A DNA stretch of 64,000 bases, from contig DATJZN010000022.1 of assembly GCA_035499075.1 (NCBI GenBank), forward strand, positions 1,240-65,239, in the 5' to 3' direction. This DNA comes from Myxococcota bacterium. Its GTDB lineage: Bacteria; Myxococcota_A; UBA9160; SZUA-336. How positions within the stretch are numbered: the first letter of the stretch is position 1; the number at the start of each line of letters is the position of its first letter. The position numbers and the translations under genes were made by a program. This document shows, piece after piece, positions 39,556 through 46,505 of this stretch. Below the pieces are notes generated by a model, which was given only the letters and a program-made list of their open reading frames with translations, was not told the DNA's origin and searched no databases.

Positions 39556-39587
39556 GCACCGATGTCGCACATCGGTGCGTTTTTTTT
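39556..39587 (+). terminator. Rho-independent terminator
   Basis: GCACCGATGT cgc ACATCGGTGC followed by G plus T8. Confidence 0.85.
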
Positions 39588-39597
39588 GTCGCTTCCG

Positions 39598-39627
39598 TTG
39601 ACACGTTCGCCGCGCAACGACTACTGT
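39598..39627 (+). promoter_or_regulatory. Candidate promoter for the second polybasic micro-gene
   Basis: Consensus TTGACA (39598-39603), 18-nt spacer, TACTGT (39622-39627), immediately after the terminator. Confidence 0.4.
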
Positions 39628-39705
39628 GTGATGCAACCGTGTGGGGAAGGTGCTGTCGTTGCGTCAGTTCGTACGTCAAGTCGAAGACTTCACGTCCGAT
39701 ACGAA

Positions 39706-39732
39706 ACGCAACCGAGTCCTCCTCGGTTGCGT
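39706..39732 (+). other. 11-bp perfect hairpin inside the long leader
   Basis: ACGCAACCGAG tcctc CTCGGTTGCGT. Confidence 0.5.
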
Positions 39733-39817
39733 GTGAGAGTGACGAGACTGATGCCAACGTTGGGATCTCGGACGCTTCGAGCACGCTGAATCCAAACGCA
39801 AATTGGGGGTGAGAGTC

Positions 39818-39931
39818 ATGGCAGCTCGGAAGAAGGCCGCGAGCAAGAAGGCGACGCGGCGCAAGAAGGGTGGCCGGAAGAAGGGCACCCGCCGACGGAA
39901 GAAGGGGACGCGGCGCAAGAAGTCGATGTGA
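39818..39931 (+). CDS. 37-aa polybasic micro-protein of unknown function
   Basis: Not in the ORF track. GGGGGTGAG lies upstream. Reads MAARKKAASKKATRRKKGGRKKGTRRRKKGTRRKKSM (21 of 37 residues K/R). It is bracketed by a promoter-like signal and a strong terminator. Confidence 0.55.
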   Translation: MAARKKAASKKATRRKKGGRKKGTRRRKKGTRRKKSM

Positions 39932-39958
39932 CTTCGCCGCTAGCCTGATTCGAAAGAG

Positions 39959-40000
39959 GCCCCCGTCGCTTGAGAGATAGCGACGGGGGCTTCGGTTCTT
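39959..40000 (+). terminator. Rho-independent terminator
   Basis: GCCCCCGTCGCT tgagagat AGCGACGGGGGC (12-bp stem) followed by the T-rich TTCGGTTCTT. Confidence 0.75.
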
Positions 40001-40094
40001 AATGGGGCCCGGCCGAGCGAAGCTCGGCCACCCGTCACTTCGCTCTCCTGCGGCTCGCTGCGCGCCTGCGCCTGCGGCGCGCGGCTTGCGGTCC

Positions 40095-40123
40095 TTGCTC
40101 GGAAGAGTGGGGCGGCCTAGTCT
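40095..40123 (+). promoter_or_regulatory. Candidate promoter placing the TSS at or next to the rpoZ ATG
   Basis: TTGCTC (40095-40100), 17-nt spacer, TAGTCT (40118-40123), then 6 nt to ATG 40130. No clear SD. Confidence 0.3.
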
Positions 40124-40129
40124 CGTGGT

Positions 40130-40333
40130 ATGGCGCGTATCACGATCGAGGACTGCACGGAGCGGGTGGGCAACCGGTTTGCGCTGGTGTTGATGGTTTC
40201 GGTGCGGACGAAGCAGCTGATGCGCGGCGCGAAGGCGCTGGTGAAGTCGACCGAGAACAAGTCGGTCGTGAACGCGCTCCGCGAGGTGGCCGCAGGCCAC
40301 ATCGCCCCCGATATCGAGATCAAAGAGGGGTAG
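40130..40333 (+). CDS. rpoZ: DNA-directed RNA polymerase omega subunit
   Basis: 67 aa, MARITIEDC...NRF.LV...RA.QL canonical omega. Confidence 0.93.
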   Translation: MARITIEDCTERVGNRFALVLMVSVRTKQLMRGAKALVKSTENKSVVNALREVAAGHIAPDIEIKEG

Positions 40334-40364
40334 CCGCCGATCGGACGCGGCCCGCGGGTCGCGG

Positions 40365-41600
40365 CTAGGACAGGGTAACCGGGACGGTGAAGCTGAACCG
40401 CGAGCCCTGGCCGATCTCCGACTGAACGGAGAGGGCGCCGCCCAGCTTCTCGATGAGCGCGCGCGCGAGCGTGAGGCCGAGGCCGGCGCCGCGGTGGCGG
40501 CTGTCGGCGGACGAGTCGACGCGGAAGAACTCGTCGAAGATCTGCTCCTGGTCGTCCGGCGCGATGCCGATGCCCGTGTCGGTCACGCTGCAGAACAGCT
40601 GGCCATCCTCGAGCGAGAGTTCGAGCTCGATCTTGCCGCGCCGCGTGAACTTCGCGGCGTTGTCGAGCAGGTGGAACAGGATCTGGTTGAGCTTGGCGAG
40701 GTCCGTGCGGATCTTCGGCAGGCTGGTGGGCAGGCGCTTCTCGAGCACGACGTCCGGCTGCAACGTGTCGCGCACGTTGAAGATCGCTTCCTCGATGACC
40801 TCGGCGAGGTTCACGTCCTGGACCTCGACCGCGACCTCGCCCTGCTTCACCCGCCACAGGTCGAGGATGTTCTGCAGCATGCGCATCAGCGCGTTGCCGT
40901 CGTCGAGCACGCCGCGCAGGGAGTCGCGGCCCGTCGACGACAGGTTCTCGTGCTCGTTGGCGAGCACCGAGATCACGCGCTCGATGATGCTGTTGAGGGG
41001 CGCGCGCAGCTCGTACGACATGGTCTCGATCAAGTCGGCCTTGAGCCGCTCGACCATGGTGAGCCGCTCTTCGCGCTTGATCAGCTCGATGTCCTGCGCG
41101 AGCAGCTGCTCGGACAGGCGCAACACCTCGTCGGACGGCTCGGCCGGCAGGCTCGCGCCGCCGCCTCCCGACACCGCATGGTGATCCAGCACGAGCGCGA
41201 TCTGGCGCAGGATCGACTCGATCCCCGCGTTCTGCACGCGCGGCCAGGGGCCCGGGCAGCCGAGCAGCGCCACGCCGCGAGGCTGGCCGTTGTGCCGGAT
41301 GGGGAAGCCGAACACGCCGCCGGCGCCGCGCGCCCAGATCCGCGGGCTGCCGTCGGGTGAGTCGATGCGCATCGGGCGCTCCGATGTCTCCGCTTCGCGC
41401 AGGAAGTCGTCGAGCTCTGCGCCCGCGATCTGAGCGTCCTTCGCACACGTGAAGCCGGCCCAGCCGTCGGGCTCCGACGCGGGGCGGCCCGATTGGTACA
41501 CGAGCGCGAAGCCCTGCAGCGCCGCCGCCAGGTGGCGGGCGCCCGCCGAGAGCGCGGACCCGAGCGTGTCGGGCGACGTGTAGAGCGCCAGGATCTCCAT
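40365..41600 (-). CDS. GAF-domain histidine-kinase-like protein with Tyr in place of the phospho-acceptor His
   Basis: 411 aa. The DHp H-box reads MSYELRAPLNSI (Tyr codon TAC at 41013-41015). The N box (LLDNAAKFT), G1 (DTGIGI) and G2 (GAGLGL) are intact. Starts 6 nt downstream of pilT. Confidence 0.85.
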   Translation of the reverse strand: MEILALYTSPDTLGSALSAGARHLAAALQGFALVYQSGRPASEPDGWAGFTCAKDAQIAGAELDDFLREAETSERPMRIDSPDGSPRIWARGAGGVFGFPIRHNGQPRGVALLGCPGPWPRVQNAGIESILRQIALVLDHHAVSGGGGASLPAEPSDEVLRLSEQLLAQDIELIKREERLTMVERLKADLIETMSYELRAPLNSIIERVISVLANEHENLSSTGRDSLRGVLDDGNALMRMLQNILDLWRVKQGEVAVEVQDVNLAEVIEEAIFNVRDTLQPDVVLEKRLPTSLPKIRTDLAKLNQILFHLLDNAAKFTRRGKIELELSLEDGQLFCSVTDTGIGIAPDDQEQIFDEFFRVDSSADSRHRGAGLGLTLARALIEKLGGALSVQSEIGQGSRFSFTVPVTLS

Positions 41601-41606
41601 GTCGGC

Positions 41607-42746
41607 CTAGAACCGGCTCTCGTCGGACGAGCCCGAATTGGAAGAGCCGGGCTCCGTCGTGTAGGAGCTGTCGCCTTCGAGCGCGAGCTTGGTGGCGAAG
41701 TCGCGCGGATTGGTCGCCGCGTCGCGCGCCGTCTCCAGCTTGATCTTGTTGGCCTGGTAGAGCTCGAGCAGATGCTGATCGAACGTCTGCATCTGCATGT
41801 CCGAGTGGCCCTTCTCGATGTGGTCGCGGATCTCGACGGCGCGGTTCGGATCGCGGATGGCCTCGCGGATCGAGCGCGTGGTGCGCAGCACTTCGACCGC
41901 CGGCACCCGGCCCGTGCCCTTCTTGTTGGGCAAGAGGCGCAGCGAGACGATCGCCTGCAGGTTTTCGGCGAGGCGCTCGCGCACCTGCTGGTGCTCTTCG
42001 ACCGGGAAGAACGACACGACGCGGCGCAGCGTAGTGACCACGTCGTTGGTGTGAATGGACGAGAAGACCGCGTGGCCCGTCTCCGCCGCCTTCAGCGCGG
42101 TGTCGACCGTCTCGGCGTCGCGGATCTCGCCCACCATGATCACGTCGGGGTCCTGGCGCAGCGCGGCGCGCAGGGCGGCCGGAAAGCTCGGCGTGTCGGT
42201 GTTGATCTCGCGCTGCGTGATGATCGAGCGCTCGTGCGTGAAGATGAACTCGACCGGATCCTCGATCGTCACGATCTTGCACTTGAGCGCGCGGTTGATC
42301 TCCTGGAGCATCGTCGCGAGCGTCGTCGACTTGCCCATGCCCGTCGCGCCCGTGACCAGCACGAGACCGCGCTGCACCGAAGCGATCGTCTTCAGCACCG
42401 ACGGCAGATTCAGCTCTTCGAACGTCTTGATCGAGAGCGGGATCACGCGCAGCACGATGTTGAACGCGCGCCGCTCGCGGGAGATGTTGACGCGGAAGCG
42501 GCCTTCGCCCGGGATCTCGTAGGCCATGTCGATCTCGGACACGCCCTCGAGCTTCTTGTCCTTCTCGCTCTCCATGAGCAGCCCGGCGATGGCCTCGGTA
42601 TCGGCCATCGAGAGCACCTTGTACTTCAGCTCGACGAGCTCGCCGTTGAAGCGGTAGAGCGGCAGGTAGCCGACCTGGAAGTGGATGTCCGACGCGCCCT
42701 TCTCGAAGCCGAGTCGAAGCAGTCGGTGGAGTCGTTCTTGGTCCAT
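41607..42746 (-). CDS. pilT: Type IV pilus retraction ATPase PilT family
   Basis: The ATG at 42746 gives MDQERLHRLL...GASDIHF. Walker A GATGMGKST, Asp box, Walker B, His box (AVFSSIHT). The longer track ORF to 43052 is an N-terminal over-extension. Confidence 0.92.
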   Translation of the reverse strand: MDQERLHRLLRLGFEKGASDIHFQVGYLPLYRFNGELVELKYKVLSMADTEAIAGLLMESEKDKKLEGVSEIDMAYEIPGEGRFRVNISRERRAFNIVLRVIPLSIKTFEELNLPSVLKTIASVQRGLVLVTGATGMGKSTTLATMLQEINRALKCKIVTIEDPVEFIFTHERSIITQREINTDTPSFPAALRAALRQDPDVIMVGEIRDAETVDTALKAAETGHAVFSSIHTNDVVTTLRRVVSFFPVEEHQQVRERLAENLQAIVSLRLLPNKKGTGRVPAVEVLRTTRSIREAIRDPNRAVEIRDHIEKGHSDMQMQTFDQHLLELYQANKIKLETARDAATNPRDFATKLALEGDSSYTTEPGSSNSGSSDESRF

Positions 42747-42862
42747 GCTCGGTTGCTCTGTTCCCGTCGGTTGCCCGGTGGAGCGCGGCCCTCCTTCCTT
42801 CGGCGCCGCGCGAACGCCGCTTGATGGGAGGCCCGGAGCGCCTGTCCTATAATCGGCAGGCG

Positions 42863-43369
42863 ATGCGCGTCCCCGTGCGTGGCTTCCTCGTCGTCCTTGC
42901 GGCCAGTCTCGCCACCGCCGCCACGAGTCCCGCCGAGACACCGAGCGAAGACGGCGCCAAGACCGCGCAGCCTGCGCCGCAGCCCAGCGGCGGAGCCGCG
43001 CCCGAGAAGATGATCGACCTGGACACCCTGCTTCACCCGTCGGCAAGTGCACTGCAGCCGAGCGGCAAGATCCTGGGTGGACGCGACGAGAAGGGCTGGC
43101 AGGCGGAGTTCAAGCGCGCACGCCAGGAGGTCTCGGATCTCGAGGGCAAGATCGAGGCCGAGCAGAACAAGATGCGCAACATCTCCGGCGGCGACTGGCA
43201 GTACACGCCGGCCGGCGGCGAAGCGACCGACCCCGAGGTGCTGAAGCTGCGCGCGACGCTGAAGCGCGACCGCCAATCGCTCGAGGCGTCGCGCCAGCGG
43301 CTGCGCGACCTGGACGTCGAGGCGTCGCTCGCCGGTGTACCCGAGGACTGGAAGAAGCCTGCACCGTGA
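42863..43369 (+). CDS. Secreted coiled-coil protein, unknown function
   Basis: ATG 42863 gives a signal-peptide-like MRVPVRGFLVVLAASLATAA, then a Pro/Ala linker and a heptad-like charged region. Confidence 0.65.
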   Translation: MRVPVRGFLVVLAASLATAATSPAETPSEDGAKTAQPAPQPSGGAAPEKMIDLDTLLHPSASALQPSGKILGGRDEKGWQAEFKRARQEVSDLEGKIEAEQNKMRNISGGDWQYTPAGGEATDPEVLKLRATLKRDRQSLEASRQRLRDLDVEASLAGVPEDWKKPAP

Positions 43370-43372
43370 GCG

Positions 43373-43398
43373 GCCGGTGCGCGGGTCCGCGCACCGGC
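43373..43398 (+). other. 11-bp GC hairpin just after the stop codon
   Basis: GCCGGTGCGCG ggtc CGCGCACCGGC with no T-tract. Confidence 0.35.
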
Positions 43399-43555
43399 AG
43401 CAGGAGTGCAGGAGGGTGCGCGGGCGCCTTCGCCGCGCGAAGTCGTGTGCGCACCGACTGTGAGCGCCGTCACGTCGAGTCTTGCTGGATGAGCCGGTTG
43501 TCGCGCGACTTGCCGGCGAACGAACCGCGGCACGAGCGATGCACCGACGGGCGTC

Positions 43556-44479
43556 GTGCGGCGCATCAGACACCTGGCGCTCGTGACTCCCGTGCTGGTT
43601 TGTACCACTGGCTGCGCGAGTCTCTCGCACTATGCCGGCCTGACGCACGCGAGCCAGCCGTCCGATGACTCGCTCACTCGGGTCGTCGCGGAGCTCAAGC
43701 TCCACCTGAAAGACGACACCTACCGCTACGACCGGGCCACGACCGACGACGGCCGGAACGTCTTCGCGGTCGCGCTCTGGAAGCTGGACCGGATCGCCGC
43801 GCTGCGCGCCCGCCCGCAGGAGCAATGGGAGAACGCGGACTTCGTGATCGAGTTCGCGCGCGGCAAGGCGCTGGAGAAGCTGCGCCGCTACGACGACGCC
43901 GCGAAAGCCTTCGAGCACGTGGCGGCCTCGGGCTCGCTGCTGGGCGATGCCGCCGCCGAGCGCGCGCACGTCATCGAGACCTTCGCCGAGGCTTCGGCGC
44001 GGCCGGCCGATCCCTTCGCGAGCCCCGAGGAAGAGCGCGTGTTCATCGAGGGCCGCATCGCCAAGTGGCGCGAGCTCGCGGAGAAGACCGAGGGCATGCC
44101 GCAGCAGTCGCTGGCGCTCGAAGAGGTCGAGGCCTGGCAGATCATGCGCGTCGACTGGTATGCGCGCGGCGACCGCCTCGACGAGGCCATCTCGTCGTGC
44201 GAGAACCTGCTCGAGTCGAATCGCGAGTCGAAGCTGTTCGGCAAGCACCTGCTGCGCCTGGGCGACCTGTACGCCTCGAGCGCGCGCCGCGCGGAGCTCC
44301 AGGCGCGCGCGAACCTCGCGAACCTGGACCCCTCGCACTACGAGGCGCTCGTCGACCAGGCGTTCTCCGCCTACGAGCTCGCCGCCGAAGACCGCCGGCC
44401 CGCGCTGCGCCGCGAGGCGAAGAGCCGGATCGACGCGCTGCTCTCGTACCAGGAAGGAGTGGCGGCTCGTGTCCCCTGA
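43556..44479 (+). CDS. Putative lipoprotein with helical-repeat body, unknown function
   Basis: GTG start. RRIRHLALVTPVLVCTTGC looks like a signal peptide plus lipobox (TTG/C). 307 aa. Confidence 0.65.
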   Translation: MRRIRHLALVTPVLVCTTGCASLSHYAGLTHASQPSDDSLTRVVAELKLHLKDDTYRYDRATTDDGRNVFAVALWKLDRIAALRARPQEQWENADFVIEFARGKALEKLRRYDDAAKAFEHVAASGSLLGDAAAERAHVIETFAEASARPADPFASPEEERVFIEGRIAKWRELAEKTEGMPQQSLALEEVEAWQIMRVDWYARGDRLDEAISSCENLLESNRESKLFGKHLLRLGDLYASSARRAELQARANLANLDPSHYEALVDQAFSAYELAAEDRRPALRREAKSRIDALLSYQEGVAARVP

Positions 44480-46505
44480 GGCGAACCAGGCCCTGCGGCT
44501 CGGCATGTGGCTCGTGGGCGCGCTCGTCGCTGCGGCGCTGCTCTTCCTGGTGATCGGCGGCCGGGCGCGGGCCGCCGAGCCGGACGCCTCGGACGAGGCT
44601 GCGAAGCTCCTCCTCGCGCCCGAAACCGGGGCCGCGAGCGACCGCGCGCAGGAGGCGCGCGACCTGCTCGCCACCGACCGCAACCGCAAGATCGCCGTGA
44701 TCTCGTCGGCGCTGGTCGACCTGGGTCTGCGCGCCTCGTTCGGCGCGTCGCCCGTGAAGCTCCTGCAGAGCGCGGGCGAGCTCGGCCAGGGCATCCTCGC
44801 CTGGTCGAATCGCACCCCCGGCGAGGAGCGCGCGCTGCTCCTCCTGGCCCCCGACGCGATCGGCGGCGAGCTCGACGCGCCGACGCGCGAGCTGTACGAG
44901 CACCTCGCCGTCCGCGAGCGAAAGGTGCTCGTGAAGCACTTGCTGGGCGACGCCGAGAAGGCGCTCGACGCGGGCGAGCTCCGCCGCGCGCGCATCGCGG
45001 TCGACCGCGCGCTCGAGCTCGATCCCGGCTCCGAGCCCGGCGACCGGCTGCTCGACGCGCTCGAGGCGCGCGAGCTGCGCGCCAGCCCCGCGAGCCGTGA
45101 GCCGACGATGTCGCCCGGCGTTGCCCCCTGGGAGACGTCGTTCGCGAGCGCGCTGCTCGTCGACGACGACTCGCGCGCGCAGCAGCTGGCACCCGCGAAC
45201 ACGCCGTCGGCCGAGCTCGCGAGCGCCGCGGCGCTGTACGAGTCCGGCCAGCGCGCCGAGGCGCTCGAGGCGTTCCGTTCGCTCGCGCAGGGCGACGGCC
45301 CGGCGAGCGGCGTGGCTCGCGAGATCCTCGACGACCGCGCGGTGAACCCCGAGCGCGCGCTCGACGACGAGATCAAGACCTACACGCACAAGCGTTCCCT
45401 GGGTTGGCTCGGCGGCGATGCGCTCGCCGACCGCGGCCTCGACCTCTTGAGCGACGACGTCGATCTCTCGGGCGACTCGCTCCGGGCGTGGAAGGCCTCG
45501 TACAAGCTGATCCGCAAGACCGCGAACCCGGTGAATCTGGTGATCGACGCGCCCGCGCGCATCTGGCGCGACTGGCAGCCTGACGGCAGCGCGCTGCGCG
45601 AAGCCGCGACGCGCTACCTGGAGCTCGAGCCGAACGGCCCGCGCGCCGCCGACGCGCAGAAGTGGCTCGCGAAGCTCGGCAAGGACGAGCGCAGGAGCGT
45701 GAAGGTCTCGCCGTTCAAGGACGGCTACTTTATGCTTCCGCACGCGCGCACGCGCTTCGCGCGCGTGGCGCCGCAGCGGCTGGTGGTCTCGTCGGACGCG
45801 CTCGAGAAGAAGGCGCCCGAGCTCGCGCACGCGCTGGGCCTCGAGGGCAGCGAGGCGTTCGTGTTCGGGGACCGTGGCTTGCCCGAAGGCGCGCAGGCGG
45901 TGGCGCCTGGACAGGCGCTCGAGCTGCTCGCGCTGCTCGGCGACGGGCTGGACGAGGACGTCCTGCAGCCGCGCATCCAGAGCGGCGCGGACGTGCTCGA
46001 AGCGCTGCGGCGGCTCGACGCGCGCGTGCGCGCCGGCGCCACGCTGCGCGTCATGCCGCGCGCGCCGGACTCGCTCGCGGGCTTGGACGACTTCGGCTCG
46101 GCGCTCGTGGACCAGAAGCGCGCGCGCACGTGGGGCGACGTCGCGCTCGGCCGCAAGGACGACAAGATCACTGCCGACCGCCAGCTCGGCGGCGACGGCC
46201 GCTTCTGCCTGGCCGACACGCCGTGCATCGACCGCAAGCTTCCCGTCGATGGCGCGCTGTTCGCGCAGACGGACGCGGAGGGCGCCGCCGGCGTCGGCGC
46301 GCGCGCGGGCTATCGCCAGGCGCAGCTGCAGGTGACGATGGGCGCGAAGGGTCCGCACGCGTCGCTCGTGCTGCCGATCGCGCGCTGGCTCGGCATCACG
46401 CACTACCTGCCGGTCGAGGCGCGCGTGGACGTCGGCCTCGACGGCGTGTCCGCGGGCCCGCGCGTCGACACCAGCGCCGCGGACGAAGCGGCCGAGCGCC
46501 TCTAG
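44469..46505 (+). CDS. Large N-terminally membrane-anchored protein, unknown function
   Basis: Start is GTG 44469 (overlapping the upstream stop) or ATG 44505. TM MWLVGALVAAALLFLVIGG. About 660-aa extracytoplasmic body with GC3 coding bias. It is the C-terminal part of track ORF 43947..46505. Confidence 0.65.
   Translation: MSPEANQALRLGMWLVGALVAAALLFLVIGGRARAAEPDASDEAAKLLLAPETGAASDRAQEARDLLATDRNRKIAVISSALVDLGLRASFGASPVKLLQSAGELGQGILAWSNRTPGEERALLLLAPDAIGGELDAPTRELYEHLAVRERKVLVKHLLGDAEKALDAGELRRARIAVDRALELDPGSEPGDRLLDALEARELRASPASREPTMSPGVAPWETSFASALLVDDDSRAQQLAPANTPSAELASAAALYESGQRAEALEAFRSLAQGDGPASGVAREILDDRAVNPERALDDEIKTYTHKRSLGWLGGDALADRGLDLLSDDVDLSGDSLRAWKASYKLIRKTANPVNLVIDAPARIWRDWQPDGSALREAATRYLELEPNGPRAADAQKWLAKLGKDERRSVKVSPFKDGYFMLPHARTRFARVAPQRLVVSSDALEKKAPELAHALGLEGSEAFVFGDRGLPEGAQAVAPGQALELLALLGDGLDEDVLQPRIQSGADVLEALRRLDARVRAGATLRVMPRAPDSLAGLDDFGSALVDQKRARTWGDVALGRKDDKITADRQLGGDGRFCLADTPCIDRKLPVDGALFAQTDAEGAAGVGARAGYRQAQLQVTMGAKGPHASLVLPIARWLGITHYLPVEARVDVGLDGVSAGPRVDTSAADEAAERL

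Noticed and set aside
39549-39812. Plus-strand ORFs 39549..39812 and 39562..39789 in the bS22/polybasic intergenic region.
   Set aside because: Both begin inside or upstream of a strong rho-independent terminator and run through the predicted promoter. Codon third-position bias is poor. The region is treated as non-coding leader, with the possible exception of the 12-codon uORF.
39676-39918. 80-aa minus-strand ORF (RRVPFFRRRVPFFRP...).
   Set aside because: It is the antisense mirror of the lysine/arginine-rich plus-strand micro-ORF. It has no start context and no promoter or terminator on that strand.
40011-40029. Perfect hairpin GGCCGAGC-GAA-GCTCGGCC just downstream of the 39959-40000 terminator.
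   Set aside because: It is real as a structure, but it is short, lacks a U-tract, and sits in the untranscribed or terminator-proximal gap before the rpoZ promoter. There is no evidence for a distinct function.
43366-43668. 100-aa plus-strand ORF bridging the spacer between the secreted-protein gene and the lipoprotein gene.
   Set aside because: It starts inside the previous gene's stop region, contains the strong hairpin, overlaps the better-supported lipoprotein start (signal peptide plus lipobox) out of frame, and has an Arg/Cys-rich translation.
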